This document shows, piece after piece, positions 1-14,401 of a DNA stretch of 64,000 nt (position 1 is its first letter; every line of letters starts with the position of its first letter). This DNA is from Eledone cirrhosa. Taxonomy: Eukaryota. The position numbers and the translations under genes are program-made. The DNA lies in the NCBI GenBank assembly GCA_964016885.1, contig OZ024740.1:277822001-277886000 (forward strand), read 5' to 3'. The notes beneath the pieces are model-generated. The model was not told where the DNA came from. It ran no database searches and saw nothing but the letters and a program-made list of their open reading frames with translations.

Positions 1-622
1 AAATAGTTAGAATCAAACAACGGTAAACGGATTAGCATATGAAAAGGAAGGGAAAGCATAAACCTTTTCTTTATATGTAAGGAAAATTAAGCTTCGATTT
101 AGAAGCTAATTACATCAAAGAAAACGGATGTCAATGAAAAAAAAGACAGAAAAGGCCAAAAAGTAATAACCAAATCACAACGGAATTCCAAACGATACTA
201 AAGAAAAAACATTGAGAGAAAAACATTCTATGATCAAAATACCGTACAAATAATCAATAGATGAACAACAACAATAGCACCAAAGATCTAAGCCAGTAGC
301 AGAAAGAGAACGATTGATATTACGTGCACAGTACCAATAACTAGAAACAGAATGGAGTTATTTGAAATATTCCTCACTGACAAAGAGATCAAGAATATCA
401 CACCATATTGATGCTGCTTTATCTATAGCGAGTCTCCAGTGTCCATAAATATAATATAATGTCAAATACTTTTCATAAACCAATCCAAGTCACTGAAAGA
501 ATAGTTTCTATTTCTTTACAGTCTTCTATATATATAATAGCCCTAGTTACGAGTAACTACTCTTTACGTTTCTACATCACGTTCTGGCACTATTTAGTGT
601 CATATGTTTCTACATCACTGCT

Positions 623-1008
623 AGGGCGGTGGATTCACAGTATTGGTAGAGGGTCGGACGCTATGTTATGCAGCATAGAGTTACGTCCCTTTACTGTCTG
701 AGTTCAAATCCCGCCGAGGTTAACTTTGTCCTTCACCCTTACGGGGATCGATAAAATAAAGTACCAATAATTGTTTCTACTTTAGGCACATGGCCAGCAA
801 TTACCCAGTGCATTACTGGTACTTTATTTTATCGACCCCGTAAGGATGAAAGGCAAAGTCAACCTCGGCGGGATTTGAACTCAGATCGTAAAGGGACGTA
901 ACTATGCTGGAAAGCTTGGCGTCCGACCCTCTACCGATACTGCCAATCCACACCAATAATGCACTGGGATAATTGCTGGTCTTGTGCCAAAAAGTAGAAA
1001 CAATTATT
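623..1008 (+). mobile_element. tRNA-derived SINE (Nin-domain-like) with a second copy nested in it in reverse orientation (about 772-951)
   Basis: Degenerate A-box region, B-box GAGTTCAAATCC, core like CTTTCATCCTTACGGGGTCGATAAAATAAAGTACC, tail AGTAGAAACAATTATT. The inner minus copy is flanked by TSD ACCAATAAT (763-771 / 952-960). Confidence 0.85.
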
Positions 1009-1336
1009 AATATTCAGATGAAAACCAATCCACCGTAAAGCATGAATGTACAATTTAATTTCATGTTTTCAAGCTTGCCCTTGCACCTATTTCCGATATG
1101 ACTCTCATGTCAATTCTACTAATACATCCGTGTAGTGTCTAATAGCTTTGTTGCAGCATACAACTTGAAGTCCTCCCTATAAAAAAGACGGTTGATTGAT
1201 AGTAGGACTCCGCTTAGAAGATTATTCTTGAAATACAGATAAGATTAATTTTATAATTTTCCATTTTTCTGAATCTGCAGCATTGTTTCCGATTCATTTA
1301 TGACCTGATAGTCTGCTTATTATTATCGTCACCTTG

Positions 1337-2345
1337 GGGGCGGTGGATTGGCAGGATCATTAGTGCGTCGGACAACATGCTTTGTGGTATAGTGTTATGT
1401 CCCTTTACGTTGTGAGTTCAAATCCCACCGAGATTAGCTTGGCCTTTCATCCTTACAGGGTTGATACAATAAAGCACCAGTAATGCACTAGGTCGATTTA
1501 ATCGACTTTCCCCTACCCAAAAATGTTTGGCCTTATGTTTAAATCAGAAACCCTTATTAGCGTTACTTTGCAGCGGTGGATTAGCAGAATCGTTAGTGCA
1601 CCGGATAAAATGTATTGTAGTACTTTGTTACCATCCTATACGTTCTGGGTTCAAATCCCACTGCAGTCAACTTCCCATTTCCTTCTTCCGAGGTCGATAA
1701 AACACAGTATCAGGCAGGTCCTTGGTCAATAAAATGAAGTATCAGCCCTTATCATCATTAGAGTTAACGTGATCCTGATTAACATTTTAAAAATTCTCGT
1801 TTGACAAACACTTAAAATGTCTCATAGTAGGCAATCCGTGCTATACTGAGACATGTCTGCATCTTTTATCAGTCTTAGTTAAATGACGTTTTTCTTTGGT
1901 AATTAATCGTTACAAATCATGAACCTTTGTAACATCACATCGATGTTTCTAGAAATAGGTTTTTTGGTCATCGATTTATTGGCAATTGTAACTTGTAATA
2001 AGAGAAGCAACGTGTTTGTAGTTTTTAAGGTTTGTCACATGATTGTATTAACAAGATTATATTCGTTGTGGTCTAGTCAGTGTTGTGTCTGGTTCTTTCA
2101 CTATGTTATTAAATATTTTTACCAGCATTTTGTCTCCTGTGAAAGGATTGGTGGTATAATTAAGGTATCGGCCAGTATACTTTGTAGTATAGAGTTACGA
2201 CGATTTACATTCTGAGTTCAAATCCCACCGAGGTTAGGTTTGCCTTTCAACCTTACGGGTCGATAAAATTAAGTACTAAACATGCACTGGGATCAATTTA
2301 CTCGATTTCCCCTCCACCAAATTCTTGGTCTCGAGCATAAACCAA
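1337..2345 (+). mobile_element. Three older, diverged copies of the same SINE family (about 1337-1558, 1571-1730, 2143-2345)
   Basis: Each has a GGATT(G/A)G head, GTTCAAATCCC B-box and a G(G/T)CGATAAAA-like core. Confidence 0.75.
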
Positions 2346-2366
2346 ATCCCATTTTGTGTCCTGTGT

Positions 2367-3180
2367 AAATATTAAGTTGAGTAATTATTCATGAGCGTTT
2401 TTGTTTAATTTAAAAATGCGCAGACCAAAACACTTAAGCAAAAAAACGCTCATGAATTATTACTTAACCTAATATTTCAATAATCAAACACAAACCTGGC
2501 AGTTCCAGATTTAATGAAAACGGACATAGATATAAACATTGTTTGGATAAAGCCATAGCAGTTACAAAAATAGGTACTATCTCTATCTACTCACGTAGGA
2601 ATTTCGATTTTGCTTTTATCATTTCCTAGTTCGTTCAAGTTGAAGTTTGAAATGTGGTTATATTTTGATTTGAAATGACATCCAGTAATGTTTCAGGTGA
2701 TTTGTTTTTCGTGTATTTTCAACAATCTTGAGCAAATTGATTTCTTCGCGGCATATACTCCTCCTCGGGGGTTCGCTACTGATTTTAATGTTGGTAACAC
2801 GTTATTTTCTATTTCATTTTATAAAGTTCTTGATTAAATCGTTTTAGGTCACAGTTGAACTCTATATTTTGTTCAAATAATCTTTCTTGCTTTCCATAAC
2901 ATGGATCCTTTGTGATTTACTGAGAATCTCTTAGGTGTAACGTTCTGTTATTTTGGATGTGTTTTTCTGTAGTGATCGTCCATCCCATGTTTGTATCGTT
3001 TCGCTAGTAATTTCATTAAGAATGTTTGTTTTCTACTTCGCTTGTAAGTAGATATTCCTACACGAGTAAATCAGAGAGAGTACCTATTTTTGTAACTACT
3101 ACAGCTTTCGCCTAACAATGTTTATACCTACGTTAGTTTTTATTAAATCTGGAATGGGCAGGTTTGTGTTTGATTATTGT
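2367..3180. repeat. Two adjacent inverted repeats: short hairpin 2367-2478, and about 125-bp arms 2478-2603 / 3055-3180 (probably a decayed PLE end)
   Basis: CAATAATCAAACACAAACCTG...AAAATAGGTACT matches the reverse complement of AGTACCTATTTTT...CAGGTTTGTGTTTGATTATTG. Confidence 0.65.
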
Positions 3181-3756
3181 TGCTATTTCAGAGTTGTTGT
3201 TATTGCTGTTGTTGTTATTGTTGGCTTTTTCTCTTTGTAGTTACTGTCATTGTTCCGTAAAACATATCTATCGATTTAATTTTTGAACATAAGATTATTT
3301 TCACACTCACAATTTCGGTTTAGAAATCTCTATTCAGAAACATGTTCTATTTTATTTATGTTTTCGTTGGTATTTTATGATTCGGCTTTTGTTCTAGTTT
3401 TGCTTTGTTATTTACTCTGTTCGATAGGTGTTACGTCCAACTTCGTGATTTACATTATCAATGTGTTTATTCGTACAGTTTCTTTTTGTTATATATTATT
3501 TATTTTAAGCAGTTGATATGTCTGTTATGTTATTGGCTTTCAAAGTTTTCATTTAAACATTAACTAGTTTTTAATAAGATTTAAAACTTTTTTCCCTAAA
3601 ATTGTATTTGAAAGTATTTTTCTTGTTTTATGTTCTGTTCTGTTCTGTTGCTGTAAACTATGCGTATGTTATAGTAACTCTCAAGTCTATGTCATTTAGA
3701 TTTTTATTAGCAAGATTATCTCGTAATTTAGATCGTCATTATTATCGTTGGCTGGC

Positions 3757-3903
3757 TGAGTTCAAGTACCGCCGAGGTTAACTTTGCTTTTCATCTTCAC
3801 CGGGTCGATAAAATAAAGTACCACTCTCGCACTGGGGTCGATTTAATCGAATTTCCCCTCCCCCAAAATTGCTGGCCTTGTGCCTATATAAGAAACCAAT
3901 ATT
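3757..3903 (+). mobile_element. 5'-truncated SINE copy
   Basis: CTGAGTTCAAGTACCGCCGAGGTTAACTTTG...GGGTCGATAAAATAAAGTACC...GCTGGCCTTGTGCC. Confidence 0.75.
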
Positions 3904-4028
3904 AGTAGTATTGTTAGAATTGATTTTGCTGTTTTTCCTAAAAAGGGAATCACGATTGTGCATTGCTCTACGCATTTGTGGTTACTACAGCCTATTTGAG
4001 CTATTTGTATTGCCATTAAGCTGATGAA

Positions 4029-4379
4029 CTAGCAGAGTAGTTATAGTGTTGGATTAAATGCCCCAGTATTTGTACCCGCCAATTGCATTCTGTGTTGAAA
4101 CACACATCAGCATACATCTCTATCCACATATAAACACAATGACATACGTAAACACATATGTTCTATGGTGCAACACAAATATACACAAATTTGCATACCT
4201 TTTGATGTCTATAGATACACACGCGTACATTAACATACAAAGAGACATACACACACACACACACACACACTTCTCCGTATAAGACAAGAGCTGAAAAATA
4301 TCTTTTAACATGTTAAAATATCCCCCACACACTTACAGACACATTCCTACTGACCATCCCTCTACCACGAATTACTCTG

Positions 4380-4462
<83 letters not shown>

Positions 4463-7400
4463 TCTTAATAGGCATTTGAACTGTCAACAGGCTGCGGTTC
4501 GCACACACATCCCTGCTGACCATTATAACATCAACGAACCTCTTTGCTACTACTACACACACACACACACATATTTGTTTTGAAAGACTTATTTTTCAGT
4601 GACCTCTCAATCAGCCGACACAAACCTACATTTGGCGCAAAATCAATTTTTAACATTCACATGACCTCTACCGACCAATCAAAATTGTTTTGACTACAAG
4701 AATTTTTGCAACACGAATTGGCGCGAAACTTATTTTAATACCTCTGGAGCCACTTTTTTCACATAAAAACAGGTAGAATTTCTAAAACTAATCAGATTAG
4801 ACCAAACATCACGCAGCTCTATCTCAAAATTATTTTTGAAAAGCATTAGAAATGCGCAACCGGTAAAACTTAAAACCAAAACTGAATACTAACCAATACT
4901 ATTACTAATTTTCACTTATTCCTAATTAAACTATTTTTCACTGTGAACAATTTGTCAGCATATTCTGTTCCGTTTACCACTATATCATAACTCGTGTGTT
5001 ACACCTCTATTCTTTTAAATATATATATATATATATATACATATAGAGTTAAATGGAAAAGTGAAAGACTCTTCCAGAAGCTCAAGATGTATACAATGCT
5101 ATATCAACAATAGTTATTGTAAATATCAATCAAGGATCAAGGTAAGGATAAATGAAATGTATCTGAGAAAGAGAGGAATGGATATGCCATGTATTTATTA
5201 CCAGAACATTTGATATTGTTTTGTAACAGAGAACTTTCGAGATAATCATTAATTTTCCCTAATGATATAATATGATATAATAGATCAAGTATGTCATGGA
5301 TAAGAGGCAAGCAATTCTGTAGATACGAACAAATGAAATAATTATAAAATCGACAGTTATCTTTATTGGAACTAGCATATATAGTCTGTATATTGATATA
5401 GGCAAATATATATGCACAAAGATATGATTCGTAATTTGTCATTATGCACATAAACTGAACAAAGACTGTGTTACACTTACTTCTGTAATCAGTAAAGTAA
5501 TCCATGATACATTTTTAAAAAAGGCGATAATGGAGATGGAAAAGCGATGAAACTGTTGACGGAAAATGTTCATGAATCTTCATTTGATAATGTCTATGGG
5601 AAGCTTCAAGCAGTGAATTTAAAAATAGATGCTGATGATATGAATGAATGAATTACATTTACCAATATGAAGAATTGACCTTCGTTATATTGCTGTTTTA
5701 CTGTATTCACATATAGACTTCTTAAGTTTTTGTAGTGTCCCTTTTCTAGCAGTTAAAAAGAAACTGAAATGCATTTCAACTAAAAGAGAGTGATAGCTGT
5801 TTCACGTCACTGTAGAATTTCTTTGTCAGCAAACAGACCCCTTTCATTTAATATTTTTATATTTTCTTTTTCTTATAACTCGTGATAATGCAACATACAT
5901 CTGACTATGTGAGAAGAATTGTATTGGTAGATATACACCTATCTTTTCAAATGTCTGCCCTTGTGCCTTGTTGCATGTAAGGACAAAGGCTGGTTTGACA
6001 GGAAATTGCTTGCGAGTAAAGGTGAAAGGGAACACAAGCTCTTGAGATACATGTGGTATCCTTGGGATTAGCAACCTTGTTCCAGCATTGGGACACAATG
6101 CCACTTCAGCTTCAATTACATGATTATGTAAACTGATGATGATGAAGCGTGTATCATTACAATGCCCGTTTTAAGGATCCAGATTAGTCAGAAGCATGAT
6201 GCAACTGCCTTTCTTTAGTTTAAGTATGTGGTGTTGGGAAGCCTGATGGGGTAAGTTTATTGATGAACTCAATTGGATATTGCACTTCATTATCTACTAT
6301 ATCAGAGCTTCTGTAGATTATTTCATGACCAGGGAACTTGTTGACCATGAACTCTTTCACCAATCTTGCTGCATCATTTGTTGGAGTGATAATGGCTCTA
6401 TTTGTAAGCCATAGTGGATTTGTGTAGTTTCCTGGAAGATTCGTATACACAAAATCACACAGTCCAGACACATTAACATATTCCAGACAAAGTTCATTTC
6501 GCAGAAGAATTGTGAATGCACCTACAGTTGAAACTTTTGGAATGTTACAATTTCCCACATCTAGAAGGTAGTTTGCAAACTGTTTGTCATAAGAATCCTC
6601 TGCATTAATTAACCGTTGATTGGTTGTCATCTCCATGGTTTCCACATAGTCCCAGTGATAGGATCTCTTGATGGTTGCCTCAACAATTTGTGGTCTAGCA
6701 CCATGACGTACAACTGGAAGAATTTGCTTCCAGTCACCAGATAGTAATACTGTTAAACCACGAAATGGCTTTTTGAAATCTCGAACATCTTTGTAGCTCC
6801 TGTCAAAGCATTCAAAGATATGCTTATGTCCCATACCTATCTCATCAATGATTAGCAGGTCAGCTTGTTTATAGGTTTACCTGTGTCATCCCTCTTTGTG
6901 AAGAAGCAAGTTGATTCATCAGTCACATTGGGAGGAATCTTGCACTTGGAATGAAGAGCTCTACCTTTGTGAAGCAAAGTGGCTGCTATTCCAGATATGG
7001 CAGTGGCAAGTACAATTTATTTTTTATATCTGAGGTAATCCAATAGGATGTTTATGACATAGGTCTTTCCTGTACCCGCACTTGTATTCAAGCAGAAAAT
7101 TCTGCCTTCATTTTCATTTACAGAGGTGATTACTTCGTGAAAAATAACCGGTTGCTCAGGATTCAATGTTGGAAGAAGTTCATTTATGTTTGCTTGCAGT
7201 TGGTGTGTATTGAAATCAGTTTCTGCTATAAGAACCTTGTTGTCTTCTGGTATGGCAACAATAGTTGGGTCTGGCCGAGGAAGTCCATAGTTGTCATGAA
7301 TGTCGCAGTACAATAAAATGGTGCAGAATATCTCATGCAGCTGAGGACCAAATGTAATAGATGAGGCCTCTTCCATAGCTTTGTCTTTTTCTCCATCTTC

Positions 7401-10003
7401 ATCTAACAGACCAAGTTTCCTGCATGCTTCTTGGAATGTTGGAAATTCAACTCCTTCAATTGTTTTCAAATCTTTGTATGAAGTTGACCCAGCCGTGTGA
7501 TGTAGGATTATTCTGAGGTAATATAATTCAGATTGATGTCTACTGAGAGATACTGTTGGAATACGTTTTTGATCACCATTCAGATGTCTCCTTTTTCTTC
7601 TTTGCCACTTTTGTTTGTCCGAGTGAAATATTTAGGAATATCAAAATACAATATGTTTTGTGCCAGTGGGTCTCTAATATTCAGTTGAAAATATTGCGTC
7701 AACTTAGTCATTGGCTGTAGTTATTGATGTACTTATATAAGTACTTAACAGACTTGACACCGTGGTCAACCTCACCATTGATGTGGCACTGATATCTGAA
7801 TGAGAGGAAAGTGTTGTATGGAACAATCCAACGATTATAAACAGCAAATTCTTGACCTTTAAGTTAGATTGTACGGGTGTGACCACCATGCTGTCTATCC
7901 CTTCTTCTATACTCCGGAAAGGAATTTTCAGCAACAAATGTGGTTTGTCTGAATGCCTTGTGATAACATTTTGAGCAATGGCGTTGTTGTCCTAGCCCTT
8001 CCATACATGAGCACATCATATTAAGCCTGTCCACATGGGGCCATGAATGTTGCAGCATGTGATGATCTTATGCAGAATTGGATTGGTCTCTTTATCAGGA
8101 ATCTCACAGTAGACTACCTGATCAATGGCATCAGCAGTTTTGTGCTTGCTATCTTCAGCCATTATCAGCAGAGTGTGAGCATAAGTGAGGCCTCGTGTTT
8201 GCCACTCAGTTATTTTAGCAGAATGAGCCACACTTTTCCTAGGACAGTTCTTTTCAGTATATCATCCATGAGGCTGTCATACTTGATATTTAAGACACTT
8301 GCACAATATCAGGACGATCTCTAGGTTCTTCACCAGGGTGCAAACTATTTTTTATTTCCCCCCAGTTAGGGTTAGTTGTTACCGTGATGAAATAAGATGG
8401 CTTTCCCATGTGTTGAAGCACAGTCATCGAATTCTGAAAGCACTCACTGTAGAAGCGAGGGGAACAATAGATTGATGGAATATGAACAATTCTTCGGCCT
8501 GCATTTACTGAATCTCCTTCAGCCATACTTTTCAAACTTTTCATACTTTTCATCTCGTATCATGGTTTGATTGTGGCGGGCCCATTTGAGGCGACACTGT
8601 TCTATTTTGGTCTGGGCATCTACAGCATATTGCTGCATCAGCCGCCTGCTCTTCGTGATAATGTTACAGTCACCTTGCCTAACCTGAATCCGATGACAGT
8701 AGAAATCAGTGTGTGGTTGTTTTCAATCCTTTTCAAACCGACCTGAAACCCATCATTTCCCCAAGGAAACAGTAGCACATAATGCAGAGGATCATAAGAA
8801 CGGTGCAACTGATGAATCCTCTGAAGACCACCATCTCTTTTATGAATGATGACACCAAAAGAACTAATGCTGTATCAGGTTGAATAACAGCAATCTGAGA
8901 TGCCATGGGAAGATTAAATGTGCGACAATGAAAATCAGTGGGTTTTACTTTTTCAGCATGTATGACAATATTCACATTTAAGAGACTGGCATTTCAATGA
9001 CTGACTGTAAGCTTCTTATATAGGTGTTGCAGTAGTGCAAATCTTCTTGCAGGTCCTGAAGAACAGCAGCATCTAAATTAGCATGATGCAAGCGATTCTG
9101 AAGCTCATGAACTGCGCAAACTTGGATGAAGAATCACTTGGAAGTACTGATCCAATAATATGACACATCTTACCTTGGATCTTAAATGTGGGACTAAATC
9201 TTGGTGCTTTAATCTCTTTGCAACCAATTGAAGCTAAGACAAGCACATTGTTATATGCACGTATCTTATGGAGAAAAGAATTTCCTGCTTGAGTGATATC
9301 GAAATATTTTAGTATATTTGGTGGAGGAGGAAGTTGAGGGATTTTCGCTTTTCTCTGGAAGCAGCACAGAGATTTGAGTTCATGTGGCCAGCGATAAGCT
9401 TTGCAGTGTGGACAAACAAAGGCAAAGAGACTCCTTGCATTATGTTGTGGCATTATGGAAAGAACAGTCTGCTCTTGGAAAGGTTCATCTGTAGGATTCT
9501 TTGCCAGACCTTTAATTGACTTGTTCCTTCCTCTCTGAACGTTTGGTGAATTTGTTGCAAGTTGTTGTTGGTGTGTTAACTGAATTACATTTGTAGAAAT
9601 TTGTTGGGATGTTGCAGAGCGATTATTGTTTGATTGATTTGCCCTCTTCTCTATTTGTCGTTGTGCGTCTGCTGCCATGCGCTGGGATTTAGATGAGAAA
9701 TGTTTTCTGCGCCCCATATTCACTTTCTGTCCAGTATGTATAAATATATGTTATCTCTACGGTGAAATCTTAGAAGTAAATATATGTCAAAACAAAAATA
9801 TAAATATAAATATATATAGCTGACACGGAGAAAAGAAATCTTTGAAATAAATGTATGTTTGAAATAAATGAGAGACGGAATATTATATACTTTATTAGCG
9901 TCTGCTATTCCAAACACCATATATATATATATATATATATAGGGGGGGGGGGCGTAGTATGAGGTATTCATAACAACAGTAGTAGCAGCAAAGCGCGTAT
10001 CAA

Positions 10004-10060
<57 letters not shown>

Positions 10061-10083
10061 TATATATATACATATATACGCAT

Positions 10084-10115
<32 letters not shown>

Positions 10116-10292
10116 CTGTCACTGTCACTCCTCTCTTTATATACTCACAAATACAATCTCTCTTTCTCGCTCTAGCAATTTTATAAAATCAAAGAACAAC
10201 ATACACGCACGCACATCAGCGTATTGAAAAAAATCAAAATCGCTTCATTTTTTTCTTTCAATCGCTCTCTCTCTATATATATATAGTATAGA
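4029..10292 (-). mobile_element. Possible full extent of the autonomous-type Helitron
   Basis: Minus strand reads A|TCTATACTATAT at 10292 (Helitron-like 5' TC end). A CTAG|T at 4029-4032 could be the 3' end, but no clear subterminal hairpin is seen, so that boundary is tentative. Confidence 0.4.
5844..9500 (-). pseudogene. Helitron RepHel transposase (HUH Rep plus PIF1-like helicase), with many frameshifts and stops
   Basis: Ordered motifs across ORF fragments: CPHCKA..CC zinc finger, IRAYNN, YFITVTTNPNW (Rep motif 1), EWQTRGLTYAH (HUH motif), TFQEACRKLGLL, AGTGKT (Walker A), LSGDWKQILPVV, QFPVKPAFVLTCNKAQGQT, FSHSQMYVALSRV. Confidence 0.95.
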
Positions 10293-12189
10293 TATATCGG
10301 AAGTATTGGAATTTGAATCTTTTAAAAGAAGTGAATCTTGAACTGTGCAATAATATTTTTAATATATGTTTAATCATGTGTTACGACATTTAGTAGATAA
10401 ATTATGTAATATTCATTCATTATTTATTCAAATTAATCCAACTTATTTTACAAACGGGATAAAAAATTATATTCTGAACGCTGTCCCGTGCTACTTACTT
10501 TATTATAGTTTAGATATGAATATTCTGAGGAGAACTTCACTCTCCAATTCTATTCTACCTAGCGTTCACAGCTTGAACCAATATGCTGAATCAGAGAGAA
10601 CTCTCATACATTTGCTACAGAAGATAGATAACTGGAAACACTGTCAGTGACTTTACGGGCATTTACTCCGAAATTCTTATGAGATGTGGATTTTAAATTG
10701 ATATGAAATTCTAGTTTAGAAAAAAATTGCTTCAATGCAATATGGAAGTTATACAAATTAACTTTTTTTTTTCAAAGTAATATACTGTTAAATAAAGAAG
10801 CAGAAGAAATAGAAAAAAACTAAACCCACGTTTACAAATGATTAGGAAATAATAACATGGGTCGAGTATAATTACACGTAATTGAGAGAAAATGGAATTT
10901 CTTCAAAGCGAGAGATTAAAATCTAAAACAGACGTAAATGTGAAACATAAAATTATAGTCATTTTAGCTATCCCAGTGTAGGTTATATTTATAATATTCT
11001 CAATTAGATGATAAATGTAGGCAGAAGAACAAGAAAAATAATGGTTTCTAAAAGAAAAATAATGGTAGGTTAACTCACCACTCAAACTCCATAACACGTA
11101 ATATAAGATATATATTATAATAATTACTGTTGAGCTAAAAAAGTATCGATAACAATGGTTACATGAAAAACTGTCTGTTTTTCTCTTCAGAGAATAGCAG
11201 AAATTTAAAAAAAAACTCATTTAGGATGAGAAAGGCGATAGAACAGAAAAACTTTTTTAAATATACAAAAGATAAGCTGAAACTAAAATTTACACAATGT
11301 CATGTATAGACAATATTGAGGCACGTCAATACATGATATACACTTGAAGTATGAAAACGTTCTCAGTAGCTTCAAACTGACAATCCCACCAGTCCTGATA
11401 ATGTTACAGTGTGTTGGACCTCCGTCAGTTCCAGTCATGCTGAAAGACACAATACAACGCCGAGAAGTGAACTCACGAAATTGTAACTGTCAGTGGACAC
11501 GCTAATTACTAAGCCATGTGCTTTCACAATGTAACAATATGATACAAGTAGCACACCTTTTTAATCTAATCAGTGCCTCTACTCTAATCGTTTGAAGCAT
11601 GTTATAATCTAAAAATAGGAAAGTCTATTTGACACTACTAAATATGAAAATTTCATTCTCATGTACAACATGTTATCGATGGTCACATAATCCAACATAA
11701 CGTCGAACTCTAGTCCTCCTGAACTGCTTACGTAGTGTAAAATATATTGGATCATCCATAAATGATGTTTTTTTTTTATTCAATTGCCTACAATAAAAGT
11801 GGAGTGGTGGGGATAAACACTTGCATAAACTTGCTATAAAAGCAGTTATTAAATCCACCTTCTCATTCTTAGTGCAAACTCTTAAAAAATGCAGTTTAGC
11901 TTAATTTTAGAAATAAAAGAAGTGTAAATAACCGTAATATTTATGGAATATCCCAATATATGTACCACCAATTGTTCTAAGCTTTTTGGAAAGATTTCAA
12001 GATTAATGCCGTTGTACCTGACATAACTACAAAACCATGATAAAACTGACAGACAATTAGAGAGACTGCGATTTTGATCTGATTGGAATATAGCATATAT
12101 ACAAATAGAAAAATTTTGAGATTAATGATTACAGTGGGAGTCAGCTGGCATGAGACGGAGAATCCAGGCATTCGAGCACAACTGCTTCA

Positions 12190-12535
12190 GAAGGTTGCTA
12201 CGCATCCTGTACACTGAGCACAAAATAAACAGCTTTATCAGGCTGAAAGTTAACAAATATTCTTGCAGACAGAAAACACACCTTGCGATAGTGAAAAGAG
12301 GGAAGATTGCATAGTGTGGTCATGTATGCCGCCACAACTCCTAATCTAAAACCATCCATCTGGGTACAAACGAGGGAGAGCGAAGAAGAGGCAAAGAAAG
12401 AAAATCTTGGCCTAACAACGTCAAACAGCGAGACCCTTCTACGCATGACGGAGAATAGATACCAGTGGCGACTGACTGCGAAAGCGTCTAAAATAGCACC
12501 ACAACGTCTGTCTGCACCAGCTACGGGAACATGAT
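12190..12535 (+). pseudogene. RTE-clade LINE 3' fragment
   Basis: Degenerate RLLRILYTEHKIN...GHVCRHN...EGERRRGKERKSW, typical of the RTE ORF C-terminus. Confidence 0.6.
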
Positions 12536-12849
12536 GAAATTCGTCAATACCAATTGGCTAATTCAATATTATATCATTTTTCTTAGAGATTAAATAATTG
12601 AGAGACGACAACCGCCAAAGTAATACAATGATATGCAAATGAGTTTTAATTCATGTAATGTATGGGACGATAAAGAGCCAGAAATTAATGTAGGCGCTAA
12701 TATTCCTTCTGTTGTTAAAGAGTTAGCATTGCAACCATGTGGTTCAGAGTTCAATCCTACTGGGCGGCTTCTTGGTTAAGGGACTGTAGCCTCGAGTTGA
12801 CCAATGGCATTCGAGTGATATCTGGTGGAGAGAAACTGCAGACACCCGT

Positions 12850-12936
<87 letters not shown>

Positions 12937-12940
<4 letters not shown>

Positions 12941-13289
12941 GTAAGTATGCATGTATACGTACATACATATATGTATACAGACGTACAGTAGCATGCACAT
13001 ATATATATATATATATACATATATACATACATATGCATACAGGTACACATACATATATGCACGTATCAGTTTAGCGGCGCTAACGTCGCTTTGTTCGTTT
13101 GTAAACAAACTGAACAGCCTGAATTTATGCCATACGGTGTTAAGGCAACCGCTAAACTGATACGTGCATATATGTATGTGTACCTGTATGCATATGTATG
13201 TATATATGTATATATATATATATATATGTGCATGCTACTGTACGTCTGTATACATATATGTATGTACGTATACATGCATACTTACATTT
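12937..13289. repeat. Near-perfect inverted repeat, about 140-bp arms and 72-bp spacer, next to (TA)n
   Basis: AAATGTAAGTATGCATG...CGTATCAGTTTAGCGG / CCGCTAAACTGATACG...CATGCATACTTACATTT. Confidence 0.9.
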
Positions 13290-13359
13290 AAGTAAGTGCC
13301 ATACTAAGAGTGAGAAATGAAATTTCGTTTTCATTTTGTTTCAATTTATATATATATAT

Positions 13360-14028
13360 ATATTGAGATAAGCAGAACAAGCAAAATTCAAACAATTTTT
13401 TTTTTTTTTATTTAAAAAATATAATTTAAATATTTACCCACTCCAGTGCTTTTACTGATCAGTTTCACTTCACAAAACATTAGAAATCCATGGGATCTCC
13501 AATGGAAAAGAGAAGATCTTCGGAAAGCATTTTCCTTTCCTAGGGCAAAAAGTTCCAGGAACGGCAAAATATATTGCCTTCTACTAGCTAGTACAGGATC
13601 GAAAGAGGCCGAAATTTGACCTATACATGAACCAGTCCGTAGCAAAAGCGGAAGTAAACATAGACGTCTTGTCTGTCGCACCACTAAAAATAGCAGCTAA
13701 ATAGAACAACAGATTTGTTCTCTACATAACGGAGAATATTAAATGAAGTTAATATGCCCACAGGTACTAAGTACCCCTGGAAATATATAGGGTGTCTATG
13801 AAACAGGGTTTTGTGAAGTGAAACTGATCAGTAAAAGCACTGGAGTGGGTAAATATTTAAATTATATTTTTTAAATTTAAAAAAAAAATTGTTTGAATTT
13901 TGCTTGTTCTGCTTATCTCAATATTATAGTTCTGGTATGTCAAAGTAATACCATTGAACAACCCTGTTTCATAGACACCCTATATATTTCCAGGGGTACT
14001 TAATACCCGTGGGCATATTAACTTCATT
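13360..14028. repeat. Interlocked inverted repeats A..B A'..B' between (TA)n tracts
   Basis: A = about 13360-13478, inverse at about 13808-13924; B = about 13742-13810, inverse at about 13960-14028. Confidence 0.85.
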
Positions 14029-14161
14029 ATATATATATGGAAAGAGTCAGGACCCCGACGGCTGAGTTCCGGCTATCGAAACGGCCGACTCTACTACCCT
14101 AAGTATTGAATACTCTGGTGCATTATGGTCCACCTGGTATCTTATCACACCCTCTTTGTTG

Positions 14162-14286
<125 letters not shown>

Positions 14287-14363
14287 GGGCTGGGTGATAA
14301 AAAGTAAACACACAGTGCATTAAAAAAATATATTAGTTTAACGCTTGAAATAACAGGAAAATA

Positions 14364-14401
14364 ATCTTAACGTTTCGGACACTAGTCCTTCATCAGAAGA
14401 T
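14364..14401 (-). ncRNA. Minimal type I hammerhead ribozyme
   Basis: Minus strand ATCTT-CTGATGA-A-GGAC-TAGT-GTCC-GAA-ACGT-T-AAGAT. Stem I ATCTT/AAGAT, stem II GGAC/GTCC, palindromic stem III ACGT as in minimal PLE hammerheads. Confidence 0.8.

Noticed and set aside
1-450. Possible decayed PLE coding fragment (NGIP..KIPY)
   Set aside because: Too degenerate to support from sequence alone.
623-720. tRNA genes suggested by A/B boxes
   Set aside because: No cloverleaf; the boxes belong to multi-copy SINE heads.
13742-13812. ATAG-GGTGT-CTAT-GAAAC hammerhead-like half
   Set aside because: No valid CUGANGA or UUGANAA core and no stem I partner.
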